Positions 45,714-57,700 of a stretch of 59,048 bases of DNA are shown here, piece by piece; within the stretch, counting starts at the first letter, position 1, and every line of letters begins with the position of its first letter. The notes beneath the pieces were generated by a model. It made no database searches. It worked only from the letters and a program-made list of their open reading frames with translations, and was not told the DNA's origin. Both the position numbers and the translations under genes were made by a program. Where the stretch lies: positions 1 through 59,048 of IMG/VR virus record IMGVR_UViG_3300047550_004734; one strand, given 5' to 3'. The DNA comes from a virus (taxonomy: Duplodnaviria; Caudoviricetes).

Positions 45714-47636
45714 TTACCTGCAATTCCAACGACGCAGTGCTTTGTTAATATCACTATTAGGATCTCTTGCTGTTTTTGCTGAGGTTAGTCTTTTTTTCAT
45801 ACCTGACATACGACTACAAAATCTTTTTCTTCTTCCCGCTCTTTCTCCCTTTGGATTTTTTTCTGTTACTGCAGTTTGAAGTTTTGAACCTGGATTCTCT
45901 CTACGATATGCATCAACTGCTTTTTGACTTAAACCATCAGTTTTATCTTGACGATTAACTTTTTGCCAGTCTTCATTAATTTCAATTTCTTCTCCCATAG
46001 TTTTTACATAATTTTTTGATGGTCCAAGTTTTGCATAACTTCCACCTTGAGGACCAAATGCCTGAATTAATGGTTGTCCTGGTTGAATTTCTGAAATTGA
46101 ATGATAAACAACCGTTGACCCTGGATAAACTTTTTGGAGTTCATCATTAATTTCTCTTCTTGATGGTGTCTTAACTTGGGGGAAGAACATCTTCATATAA
46201 TAATATTTTCCTCTCCAAGAAAGAGTAACGGCAATCACATTTCCAGTTTGTGCCTGAAGACGAGTCGCTTCTTTTATTTGAGACTTAAATCCTTTGATTG
46301 GTTCTGGTTTTATTAAATCAACTACCTCTGCAAAAGTATTTCCATCAGCATCTTCAATAGTTACATTTTCTGCCTTTACGCAAGAACCTTTTGAAAATTC
46401 TGTTGTTTCTTTTTTTCTTTTATAACCAGGCCAACATTTTTCAACTACAATTTCATCTACAATTTTATCAACTAAAGTTTCTTCTTTGTTAATTTTAGGA
46501 AGTTCTGTTTTTGCTAATTTTTTCTTTCTTAATTCTACTGCTTTATCTCCCAACTCTCTTGCCGCTTCTGGAGATAAAGCACCAACACCACTAGACTTTG
46601 CAATTTGAGTGTCTTTGCCTTTCAGAATACCTATTCTCTTTTTAAATACAAAAGATTCCTCCATTTCTCCACTTGCAATATAATCAGCTGCTGTATCAAT
46701 ATAATCCGCCGCTTTTGTAATTTTTGACTGAACCCATGCCTCAAGGTTTCCTTCACCCTTACCGACTTTACTTTTCAGTCTTTCAATGGCATTTTCAATT
46801 GCAGAAAGTTCAGAACGAACCATTGAGTATTCTTCATCTTTCACTGAAACTTTATCCCAAGCTTTTTCTCCATAAGAACATTCAGATCTTGTTTCCCTTT
46901 TATTGCATAAAGGGCAATATCTTTCTTCTTCGTGCATAGTTGCCTCGGACTTGGTACCCCAATTTGCAGCACCAACTTTGCGACATTTTACAAGTGCTCC
47001 CGAAGCATAAGCACTAGGCCAAACGTCGTATCTGGACTTTACTTTATTATAACAAGCATCTTTTTTACCTTCTTTTTTCTTTTCTTGCAAGTTCATTTCT
47101 TCTGTCCGTACATTAGTTGGTTTTGCAGCACCCTTTTTTTGAGGTTGATTTGGATCTTCTCTGTTTTTTCTTTTAAATGCTTTATCTTCTTCTTTATCTG
47201 ATAGATCTGCTGCCATTTTAGAACTTCCGCATTTTGGAGTTGACTTTTGTCCCGGTTGGCGAGCACAGGGAGCACCAGCAAATGGTCCACCAATCTGAAC
47301 CCATCCTTTCACTTTTCTTCCAGTTTTAGGATCTGTCCCACTAGATTTATTAAACCAATCACGAAGATTACTATCCCCAGACTTTGTATCCTCTTTCACA
47401 TCTTTAAATTTTTTGTGTTCTTTTTTTGCAGAGGACTCCATTTTTTTTAAACGGGTGTAATAGTCTGGAATTTCGTCTAAATGCTGAAGAGCAATATCTC
47501 TGGCAAGTTTATGATCTTTTGTATGTTCATGTTCAATAGGCTCACCCATATCAAGTTGCTTTTGTATGAAAGAAACATCAAGGCGATGTTTCTTTGCAAT
47601 TTGCTCAACTGTTTTATGGGATTTGAACTTACTCAT
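45714..47636 (-). CDS. large modular basic protein between the terminase genes
   Basis: 640 aa made of distinct small modules; TAAATA motifs upstream. Confidence 0.85.
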   Translation of the reverse strand: MSKFKSHKTVEQIAKKHRLDVSFIQKQLDMGEPIEHEHTKDHKLARDIALQHLDEIPDYYTRLKKMESSAKKEHKKFKDVKEDTKSGDSNLRDWFNKSSGTDPKTGRKVKGWVQIGGPFAGAPCARQPGQKSTPKCGSSKMAADLSDKEEDKAFKRKNREDPNQPQKKGAAKPTNVRTEEMNLQEKKKEGKKDACYNKVKSRYDVWPSAYASGALVKCRKVGAANWGTKSEATMHEEERYCPLCNKRETRSECSYGEKAWDKVSVKDEEYSMVRSELSAIENAIERLKSKVGKGEGNLEAWVQSKITKAADYIDTAADYIASGEMEESFVFKKRIGILKGKDTQIAKSSGVGALSPEAARELGDKAVELRKKKLAKTELPKINKEETLVDKIVDEIVVEKCWPGYKRKKETTEFSKGSCVKAENVTIEDADGNTFAEVVDLIKPEPIKGFKSQIKEATRLQAQTGNVIAVTLSWRGKYYYMKMFFPQVKTPSRREINDELQKVYPGSTVVYHSISEIQPGQPLIQAFGPQGGSYAKLGPSKNYVKTMGEEIEINEDWQKVNRQDKTDGLSQKAVDAYRRENPGSKLQTAVTEKNPKGERAGRRKRFCSRMSGMKKRLTSAKTARDPNSDINKALRRWNCR

Positions 47637-47660
47637 AGGTGTATAATAACCTTTATTTAT

Positions 47661-48086
47661 TTATTGTTCTTGAGATTGTTGCTTAAGCAACTTTGCTAAC
47701 TCTGCAGTTGATCCAACAAAAAGAGCATTATTTACTGTTGTTGGTCCTTTTACTTTTTCCTCTTCAATATCTTTCAATTTCTTCTGCAAATCCATTAATT
47801 TTTCAGTGGCATCGGCTACATTTTTTATTAATTGACCTGCAACTTCGTAAGCTCTTGGCATTTCAGTTTCTTGAGCTAATTCAAGGATTCCATTTATTGC
47901 CTCTTGCCCCTTTTCAATTATAGAATACAAATTTCCTCTAGTATATTCATAATCTTTTTTTATATCATCAACATCAGAATTAACTTTCTCTATTTTTTCT
48001 ATTACTATTTCATTTTCTGAAGAAACCAAATCTCCACTAACATTAAATGTGTTATTTAAGTTATCGAATTTTTTTGACATTTTCAT
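47661..48086 (-). CDS. gp16: terminase small subunit
   Basis: DYEYTRGNLY, PRAYEVAGQLIK, NNALFVGSTAEL. Confidence 0.95.
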   Translation of the reverse strand: MKMSKKFDNLNNTFNVSGDLVSSENEIVIEKIEKVNSDVDDIKKDYEYTRGNLYSIIEKGQEAINGILELAQETEMPRAYEVAGQLIKNVADATEKLMDLQKKLKDIEEEKVKGPTTVNNALFVGSTAELAKLLKQQSQEQ

Positions 48087-49078
48087 AATGCATTAAATCC
48101 AAAATTATCTCCACTTTCAATTAAATAGTTATCTTCTATTGTAATTGATTTAATCTCAGCACCACCTAAATGTGGTGTTGAGATTGTATTATCTTTTCCT
48201 CTTTGAACATTAAGAATATTTCCTGATTTTGAAACTACATATATTTCTTCCCCTTCAAGATCTAAATAGGATTTAGTTGAAATTGAAGTAGAGTTATTAA
48301 CTTCAATTAATGTATCTGTTTCCGATATATCTTTAGAAATGTTAGTAAGAACCACTCCAGTATAATTTTTAGTTGCTCTTGGTTCAACTGAATATACAAT
48401 TTCTCTAGTTGGACTTGTAGTTTGATCACCGGCAATGTATCCAATTGATGTTTTCTTAATAATACTATCGGTAACAGTAGAAATAGGTCCAAATATATAA
48501 GTTTTTGCAGTAAATCTTAGTGTGTATATTAATACTCTTCTAGTGGTGAAATCTCCTTCATAATCGTCTTGCATTGTAATATTTTCAAGAACAACAGGAA
48601 TGTCCCTCTTTTCATTAATTGTGTCAAGTAAATCGACTGTCATAGTATATGCAGGTTGAAAATAGGGTAAAATTTGCTCAACAATTTGAAGTGCATCATC
48701 ATTTAGCTTTGACATAATACTCAACTCAAATTGCATATTATATGGTACAGGTAAATACACCTTTTTTATATCACTACCATCAGTGACAGATTTTGTAATA
48801 AATGATTGAGTGGTTGTGGATTTTCTCTGAGGATCATAAGTTAATCCAGTAAATTCAAACGACATTCTTGGTAATGTAATTTGAATTGGTTTGCTTAAAT
48901 CTGGAGATTGATTGAGTCTAGCAAGAAATTTTTGAGTAGGTCCATAAGCAAGGGGTACTTTTATTACACTTACAACCGCATCTGAATTATTCGTATGTTT
49001 TATTGAAATATTATTAAATAATGATCCGAACGAAATTATAGTTTTTCTTAAAATTTCGTGATAGAAATAATCAAACAT
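48083..49078 (-). CDS. gp15: tail sheath stabiliser / completion protein
   Basis: FGSLFNNI, VPLAYGP, LPRMSFE, QIVEQILPYFQP, DDYEGDF. Confidence 0.96.
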   Translation of the reverse strand: MFDYFYHEILRKTIISFGSLFNNISIKHTNNSDAVVSVIKVPLAYGPTQKFLARLNQSPDLSKPIQITLPRMSFEFTGLTYDPQRKSTTTQSFITKSVTDGSDIKKVYLPVPYNMQFELSIMSKLNDDALQIVEQILPYFQPAYTMTVDLLDTINEKRDIPVVLENITMQDDYEGDFTTRRVLIYTLRFTAKTYIFGPISTVTDSIIKKTSIGYIAGDQTTSPTREIVYSVEPRATKNYTGVVLTNISKDISETDTLIEVNNSTSISTKSYLDLEGEEIYVVSKSGNILNVQRGKDNTISTPHLGGAEIKSITIEDNYLIESGDNFGFNAL

Positions 49079-49116
49079 AAAGATAACTTACTATACTACA
49101 ATAGTCTCTTAAACTA

Positions 49117-49124
49117 TATTTATA
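49117..49124 (-). promoter_or_regulatory. late promoter for gp15
   Basis: Exact TATAAATA upstream of ATG 49078. Confidence 0.75.
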
Positions 49125-49125
49125 T

Positions 49126-50529
49126 CTAAGGCATTCCAAATGGATTTACTTCACTAAAATCTATAATTTCATCTGCTTCAGTTTCTATTTCATCATTTGC
49201 AGAGAATCCATCCCTAGTAGCATAACTTTCGATTGACTTCAAATAATGCGAAGCACTTGAAGCAGTGCCTACAATATTTTCTCCTAAAATGAATGAACCA
49301 GTTATATTAGAAACTTTCAAAACATTAGTCGTAGAATTCCATGATTTAACTCTAGCAGTAACTCCACTTTGAGATCCAACAACAGTTTCATTGAAAACAA
49401 AATTTCCAAAAGAATTTAATAAAGGATTTGATATTGTAATTGTTGGTGGTTGAGTGTATCCCAATCCAGCATTTGTAATGTAAATTGATGATATTGTCCC
49501 TGCAGAAGAAACTACTGCAGTTGCTGCTGCAGATACTGAGGATATTCCACTTATTATAATAGATGGAGATGTTACATATCCAGATCCTGAATTTGTAATT
49601 GTAATTATTCCTACTATACCATCACCAATAGTTGCTGTAGCCGCGGCACCATTACCACCTCCACCAATAAATCTAACTTTTGGTGCTACTGTATAACCAA
49701 ACCCGCTATTTGTGATAAGAACCTTTTGGACGGACTGTGATTTTGGATCTACATTGTCAGTACAAACAACAATACCACTAATCATTTCTGCAATAGCTGA
49801 TGCAGTTTTACCTCCAAAAGGTGCAGAAGTAAATCCAACAAATGGAGGAGAGGTATATCCTCCACCCCTATTTGTTACGGTAACAAACCTAACACCACCA
49901 TTTACGATTGATGCCACTGCAGTAGTAGTGCTAGCGGCACCTACCATATTAAGAGTTACTAGATTACCTACATTTCCGTTGTCTTGATCTTTATCTGAAA
50001 TGTTTCCATCTATATCGCCAATACTAGTATCGATAAGTTCATCTTCATATTGAAATAATTCGCACCTTAATTGATATGTATAAAGTCCTTGTAGTTGATA
50101 AAATGGTTTTTCATGTTCAACATACTTAATTTCAAATAAACGTTTTCCAAATGGAAAATAAATTAAATCTCCTTCTCTAGGTCTTGTATATATTTTGATA
50201 TTTGGTTGATTTTTTATTAATGGTGAAATATAATTTTTAAATCTTTCTCTAGATATTGTTAATGTAATCTCGTTAAGTGCTTGTATACCAAATTTAGATA
50301 AAATAGTAGGATTATCACTGTAACCCTCATAAGTTTCAATATAAGCTTCTATTGGATATGCATTATTAAATTCAGATTCTATAACTTCTCTTATAATAGT
50401 TTTTTCTGTAATATACTGTCTAGGTAAGTAATAAACATCAACACCATACATTCTTAGTTGTTCATTTATTAAATCTTGGATAAGACCTTGTTCCGTTTTT
50501 GATCCTTGAAGAAAAAAGGGGTTAAGCAT
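49126..50529 (-). CDS. gp14: neck protein
   Basis: EQ.LIQDLINE, YYLPR, RPREGDLIYFP, FYQL..LRCELF, DFSEVNPFG. Confidence 0.95.
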   Translation of the reverse strand: MLNPFFLQGSKTEQGLIQDLINEQLRMYGVDVYYLPRQYITEKTIIREVIESEFNNAYPIEAYIETYEGYSDNPTILSKFGIQALNEITLTISRERFKNYISPLIKNQPNIKIYTRPREGDLIYFPFGKRLFEIKYVEHEKPFYQLQGLYTYQLRCELFQYEDELIDTSIGDIDGNISDKDQDNGNVGNLVTLNMVGAASTTTAVASIVNGGVRFVTVTNRGGGYTSPPFVGFTSAPFGGKTASAIAEMISGIVVCTDNVDPKSQSVQKVLITNSGFGYTVAPKVRFIGGGGNGAAATATIGDGIVGIITITNSGSGYVTSPSIIISGISSVSAAATAVVSSAGTISSIYITNAGLGYTQPPTITISNPLLNSFGNFVFNETVVGSQSGVTARVKSWNSTTNVLKVSNITGSFILGENIVGTASSASHYLKSIESYATRDGFSANDEIETEADEIIDFSEVNPFGMP

Positions 50530-50533
50530 ATTT

Positions 50534-51388
50534 TTATCCTATCATATCTAATGGAGGAAGTTCATATGTGCTTGACATTTTTTCCATTAGAATGTCAATT
50601 TCTCTTTGAGCATCATCATACATTTGTCTGCCATTTAGTTCTACTCCACCTGGAAGTTTTACTCCCGTAAATTTGGACATATTTTGTCCCCATTGTCTTT
50701 TTATTAGTGCAGTAAGATACTGTTTTAAAAAAGAATCATTCCAAACACGAGAATAATCACTGGGATCTAAAGTTGAATAACAATCAATTATAAAGTAATT
50801 ATTAGTAGATACTGATCCCCAATCAATATCCAAGTATAGTCTATCTTGCCTTTTATTAAATCTTATTTGTTTTTGAGTATTTAAAAGAAAATCCAAGTCT
50901 TCTAAGTATGTTTTAACCATTGCATAAGAAAGTAATTCGGTAGTTCCCCAATAGTAAATATCATTTAAAAATAACTGATATTTTACACTAAACATATTAT
51001 GTGTAATTGTATTAGTACCATCAAATGTAAAAATCTTATTTACTCCAATGATATTAGGAGGAACTTGTAAGTAATTACTGTTCTCATAAAATGAGAATGT
51101 AGTAGCACTACCAACTATGTTTGTAGTTGCTGTTATTGTTGTAATTCCAGATGAAGTAGTTGATTTATTGCCTATTCCTGCCCTACCCCTATCAATATCA
51201 CTTTGGGTTATTTTATATTTGTAAAAAGTAGGATAAACACCATCGAAGTGACGTTCTTGGAAAAATTGAACCGCATCATCTACTAGATCTTCTATCTGCT
51301 CGTCTGCAACATTAATTTCTAAAACTGGTGCTCCCAGTTTTCTTTTACAATAGTCTATTAATTCCTGTCTAGTAGATGGTTGTGCCAT
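50534..51388 (-). CDS. gp13: neck protein
   Basis: YCKRKLGAPVLEINV, KRQWGQN, LPGGVELNG. Confidence 0.96.
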   Translation of the reverse strand: MAQPSTRQELIDYCKRKLGAPVLEINVADEQIEDLVDDAVQFFQERHFDGVYPTFYKYKITQSDIDRGRAGIGNKSTTSSGITTITATTNIVGSATTFSFYENSNYLQVPPNIIGVNKIFTFDGTNTITHNMFSVKYQLFLNDIYYWGTTELLSYAMVKTYLEDLDFLLNTQKQIRFNKRQDRLYLDIDWGSVSTNNYFIIDCYSTLDPSDYSRVWNDSFLKQYLTALIKRQWGQNMSKFTGVKLPGGVELNGRQMYDDAQREIDILMEKMSSTYELPPLDMIG

Positions 51389-51558
51389 TAGAGTTTAAGA
51401 TTAGCAATTACTTCTTGTTGACTAAGATATAATTTTATATAAGATTTTGCAAAATTCCTTAGAATTTCAATATCATCTATACTATCTATGTCTCTTGAAA
51501 GTTTTTCATATTCAAACATTTTAGAAATATTTTCTAGTGTTACATTATCGGGATTCAT
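51388..51558 (-). CDS. small helical protein (56 aa), possibly NblA-like
   Basis: Not in the ORF track. MNPDNVTLENISKMFEYEKLSRDIDSIDDIEILRNFAKSYIKLYLSQQEVIANLKL; SD AAGGAG; stop overlaps the gp13 start. The ORF is well supported; the function is tentative. Confidence 0.6.
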   Translation of the reverse strand: MNPDNVTLENISKMFEYEKLSRDIDSIDDIEILRNFAKSYIKLYLSQQEVIANLKL

Positions 51559-51772
51559 TTATCATACTCCTTAATAAGGTTTTTATTTCATGGAGATCAT
51601 TTTTAATCTCACTCATTTCAAATTCAAGATCTTTGATTTTTTTGCTTTCATTATAAGCTCTTTTATAATTCTCAACATAATTTTGATATCCATCACTATC
51701 ATTATTTACTATTCCATTTGAATATACATCACGAAGTAGGTGATCTTTATCCTTTACTTTAACATAATCCAT
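51545..51772 (-). CDS. small conserved coiled-coil protein
   Basis: MDYVKVKDKDHLLRD..IVN..EIKNDLHEIKTLL; start 51772. Confidence 0.8.
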   Translation of the reverse strand: MDYVKVKDKDHLLRDVYSNGIVNNDSDGYQNYVENYKRAYNESKKIKDLEFEMSEIKNDLHEIKTLLRSMINESR

Positions 51773-51776
51773 ATTT

Positions 51777-54700
51777 TTATACCTTAGGTTTTGTTGTAGC
51801 AATTGCCCTCAATTGTTTAATTAGAGGAGGATTTGCTTGATTCTCTCCTGCCATTACAATTTTAATTGAGAACGCAGTAAAGTCTGGTAAATCATCTACA
51901 GAATACTCATAGTCTTTAAAACTTGTATCTGAAGAAAACTTAATTTTTGAGTCTGCAGATCCATCATTTTGTGACTTATCAATAACTCGTTTAATTCCTT
52001 GCCCATCAATTTGATAATTACTATATCCAGGGAATAATTCATAATTTTGAGATGTATTTGGAGAATCTTCTCTAAAAATTCTATATAAAACTCTTATATC
52101 ATTAAGATCTGTATGACTTGCAGAGAAAAGAACTTTGATAGAATTTGCTGGTATTTTTAGACTTATCGGTTTTGAAATATAAATTGTTTCATGCTTATCT
52201 TCATATAAAGATCTAACGGTATCATCATTCGCATAATCGGCATTATCATTTATTCCAACAGGACTATTAATTAAGTTAGATGTTACAACTGCACTAACAT
52301 TAATCAAATCAATAACGGGAGATACTCTAGAATCTGTACTATTCATTAAAAATTCCATAGTAAATGACCTACTTCCAGGAGACTCAGTTATGAACTTTTC
52401 CTCATTAATTTCAGAACAAATTAACCTTGGGGTATCAAAATAAAATATTCCATTTAAAGGAATTGTATTAAATCCCTTATCTACGAATGATTTTTCAGAA
52501 CCACTGACACTAGTTCCGCTGAAAGTTCTGATTCTAGCATTAATATTGGTTTTACTTGGAATAATAGATGATACTTTTGGTGCGATAGATTCGAATTGAA
52601 TATTATTAGAAATTAATGTTCCAGGATCACCTAACTGTAAAGTTTGTTTGAAGTATAGATCATTTGTACGATTAGATCCTATTCCTGCAGAATTAGATGG
52701 ATCAATTTTTATATAATAAGAATTTAAAGTAATTGGATGAATTTCGGGATTTACATCTGCAAAATTATGAACCTTATTAATTCTTCTCAAAGAAAATCCA
52801 TTAAACTCATACTTGTAAACAGGAACTCCAGATTCATATGATTGCGCTTGAGTTCCATCAACACCTCTTTGTGATATAACAAGAGTATTTGAACTTACTG
52901 AAGTATATTCAATTACTTCATTTCCAATAATTACATATCCAGGATTTAACGGTCCAACTGAAACTCCTTCAAAAGTTTCAAATCCTGAGGAAGATATTAA
53001 TGATATTGACCCAACTTCAGTTGAAAGAATTGGTAAAGTAGTTTTTGAATTGACTTCATTGCCAACTGGTCTCATTTCACTAATTCTCACATAGTTTTCG
53101 GAAGAATGCATACAATGATTCATCTGACTAATCTTCATATGCAATCCATCATAATATGGATCTGTAATAATTGTTCCTACTGTTGCTCCAGTAGAAACAT
53201 TTGATCCTGATGAATTAACATAGGAAAGTGTAGTAACTCCAACACTAAAGTTTCCTTGAACGTTATCAATAACAAATGTATTACTAATGTTTGTTATTGC
53301 TGAAACAGTAAGTTTTCCCCCAAATCCAACATTCAAACCATACTCTTTTTCTGGAATGATTAAAGAATCTCCTACTTGATACCCCAATCCACCAGAAGTA
53401 ATGGTTACTGTAGAAATTTCTGAATTAACAACACCAATTGTTGCCACGGCACCATTTCCATATCCAGTTTCACTTTCCAGGGAAACTCCTGTAAATGTCC
53501 CATTACTATATCCTGTACCTACATTAGATATAATTGCTGAAGTTAAACTTCCAGCAATCCCTATCAATTTACCACTCGCAGATCCTTGTTTAATAGTTAC
53601 TCCAGTTGCTATTCCAGTACTATTATATCCAGTAGAACCAAGACCAACGATAATTCTCTTAGATAAAGGCATAAATTGATTACTTCCGGTCACGGTTACT
53701 TTTTTGTTTCCTAAAGAAAGTTTAGGATTAAAAAACCTAACAATACCATCAGAAACAAAGTTTGCTCTATAAATTTTATATTTTAAATCCTCAAGTTGTG
53801 AAGGAGACCAAACTGATCCATTTTGAGATTTAAATAGACTTCCTAGAGTTGGTTGTGCTGATATTTTTATTCCAGATTGTATGTCATTAAATCCTAACTC
53901 AGAGATAAACACTCTATACTGAGGACTTCCGGAAAGTAAAACAATTGCAAATTCTGAAGTCTGTTGACTTCCTATTGGAGCATTACGAACTTCAAGTTGT
54001 TGTGGACCTGGAAGATATACTGGAGATGGGAAAGTAAATTTAGTTGGTATTGATCCATCTGCAGAAAGATTTACATCATCAGGGGATAAAGTAACTTCCG
54101 AAAAGGGAACAACCATATTACTTGGAACTCCAGAAACCATTGGTCTAATTTGAAGAGTTACTGGTATACTATCATCTTTAGTTTCAAAGAAAACGTCCAC
54201 TGAAGTTATAAAAACTCCCGTAGTATCTCTAACGTAGAATGATTGCGCGAGAGGATCATGAGTTTCCCATTGTCTAATTTGATTCTGCCCAGAACCAGAT
54301 GAAGTTGATGTGTTAGTTGTTGTATTAGTTGTGGTATTTGTAATGTTTGTTGTATTTACGTTATAACTACTGAGAATTGTTATATTCCTAGTTGTAAGAA
54401 TATTAGTTTCTGTAATATTTGTTATCGCCGTTGAAGAAAAATCTTCCTGAGCTGAACTTTCATTAATTCTTGTATTTGAAATAAACTCATTATATACTTT
54501 ACCAAGATTTTCTAATGCTGGAGTATCAATTATAGTAAAAGTATTTTTTCCATTTATCCATTGTGGATTTCCTGGAACATTTGGATCTGGTATAAACAGT
54601 GATCCAATTAATCTGCCATTATTGTCAGAAATAAGACGAATATTACTAATTTTTGCAATTGCACCAGAGGTCTTTCCAATTAGTTTCATATTCATTCCAA

Positions 54701-57700
54701 TCTGACCGTAGAATTCGGTCTCTGAAGGTAATTCTAACGATTTTGTGTCAACATTTAAAAATGTTGACGATTCACTATAATCTTCTTGTATTACTTGTTG
54801 AGTATATGGATTCAATTTAAATTGAGAAAATTGACTTCCAGAACCATTATAAGAACCAGATTTATGATTTGGTTTACATAGTCTGAATCTAATTTTACCA
54901 GAGGTAAAATGTGGATCACTTTCAACTGTTTCTCCAATTTGGAATTTACCAGAAATCATTTCAACTTCAAGTAATTTTGGTACTATGTATTTACTAACAT
55001 CGATACCCTGGAAGAAACTATAAAATCTAGTGCGTGGTCTTAATCCTTTTACATCGAATTCAATATTTCTACTTCTTAAATACCTAATTTCTTCAGTATA
55101 ATTAGAAATTGATTCTGATGTAGTATCAGTTGTTATAATTTCTGGGGGAACTATTATTGTAGATGTATCAGAAACACTTTCCGTAGTTGTTTTAGTTTCT
55201 GTTGATGATGTTATTTGTGCTGGTTGGCCGGGAGTAAATTGAATTAAAAATCTATTATTGCGTTTATCAGATGCAATAGCATTGATATAATCACTTGCAA
55301 CATCTGATGGCAATAACCGTCTAATTAAATCTGCTCCGGCAGATGTAAGTCTATCTTTCCATACTTCAAGATGAATTGTATTGCCATTTAATACACCACT
55401 TTGTCCATAAGATCCTCTATTTCCAGATGAAGTGCTTGGAGATCCTTTAATATTGTTAGTAATACCAATTAATCCCCCATATCCAAAAGAGAAAAATCCT
55501 TTGATATTTTTTTGATTATATGGGGATAATACATTTCTAGCATTTGTGATCCAATCAAAAGAATTAATTCCTGTTTGTGGATTTGGTGGACTATTTACAA
55601 ACACCTCTTTGTTTACGGTAACATTATTTGTTATTGTTATATTTTGATCAGCTCTTTGTACTCTATCTGTAACCTCTTTATAACTTGTTGTTGTGACTGC
55701 TTTCTCGTCTATCCAACTATCAATAGGAGGATTAAGAGTGATGAATCCTTCCCAATACTTAACTAAAAATGGAGTTACACTTTCTGTTTTAGTTGCATAA
55801 ATTTGTTCAAAATAAAGAACCTCATCATAATTAAGTGTTATTAAGTCTCCTGTTTTTTTAATATTTGGTGATCCTAAATCAGTAACATAACTTTGATCTA
55901 CATTAGGATTGTAAGTTTGACCAACACCACTAATAGCTTCCGAACCAAGTTGTAAATCTAAAGAAGTAGTATAATGTAAGGGTCTTAGCGTGTTTGTGCT
56001 TGTATCAATACAGGATTTAAATGAAGGATTTTGTAAATCATGATATTCATGAGAACTAAAGTTGTCCACAAAAAATCCACATTTGAATCTATCGAGCCCA
56101 GTTTCTGCATCTTTGATAGTAAAGTTTTCAGTTTTACTCTCTAACATAGAAAGTGTTGTAAACTTTTCAACTTTTTGTATTCTATCTTCAAGCAATGCAA
56201 TATCAGACATTCTATATCTCTTATGTTGAGACATATCAACGTTAATATTTTTTACATTGTATACATACGGCGGAACAAAAACAGTTGCAATGTCTAAAGA
56301 ATTACTTTTAAGTGGTGGTGGAAGTGGGCTTGATGATGGAGTTCCTGGAACAACCTCAAAAGTCCCGTCACTATTTAAAAATACTCTATCAATTCTACCC
56401 ACATAATATGAATATGAAAGAATTAGATTTTCGCCAGGAGCAAGAATATACTTTGAATACTGTCCATCAGTAGCAAAATTCCTTGAATCAAATTCAAATG
56501 GGGATTTTGATGAACTAGTATATGGAGCAACTCTTGGTCTAATATCAATAAAATCTGTTAATCTTGAACCATTATAAGAAAGAATATTATGTTTAAAATC
56601 ATTCGAATTATAACTATTTGCAGTTATAATCTCTCCAGTGTCTGATGATTCAATAATATAGTTTTGGAATATTATTTTTATTTTTCCTTTTGGTTCTTCT
56701 ATGTTATTTTTTCTAATAATTCTTGAAAAATCATAAAAAGAATCTCTTTGTCCATCATCAAATATAAAATTTTGAGTGATATTTTTATCACCAATAGTTT
56801 TATTCACTATGATAGATTCTTCTAGTGAATCTTGTCCTACAACTACTTCATCTATAGTAAACTGGATTGTATTTAGATAAGTATATTCTATTTTATCACT
56901 ACCAATTTTTGAAGTTATGATTGCTGCTGCCCCTGAAGTTTTACCTTCAATTTGCTCTCCAATTACATATTTTTGATTTCCAAACGCATTTCCACTAATC
57001 TGTAGTGTTGGAAGACTTGGGTTTAGAGTATTGGATGATTCATAAACCGCAAGAACTCTGACTACATCAGGTACATTTAAACTAATTTGTTTATCTTGTA
57101 CTCTTGTACCATAAACCCTACTATATGTTAATCCATCATTTAATGTAGTAGTTCCAATCCCAGATGATGTAATCTTGGAATTAGAAACTATAATAGAAGA
57201 AACTTTATTTAATTTTTTACTTTTTGAGTTTGCATTAATGTTCTTAACAGTAGCTATTACTTTAGCGTTTATTCCAGAAGAAGTACTGAGACCTACAAAT
57301 TCTAAAGTTTTTCCATTTGCAAGAAGATTGTACTTGTCGGATCTCATTCTTTCAATTGAACCATCATCATAAGTTATTAGAAACTTATCCTCATCAAAAG
57401 AATCAAAATAAATATCGACATCTGAAGGATCAATATTTATTGTGATTTTGGAACCAGAAAAAGATGAAATATTAAATGAACGTCTTTGGGTTATTTCATT
57501 TCCTTCTAAATTAATTGAGGAAACATTATCAGCACCCAATCTCGTCAATAAAGATGAATCTTGTATATTGATGGATGGTTCTACCTTAATAACATTTGTG
57601 ACTTGGAAAGAACCTGATTCTAATTTTCCATCACATACTCCAGGAACAGTGGTAATTCCGGAAACTGTAAAACTAGTTCCACCAAGACTTACTGACTCAA

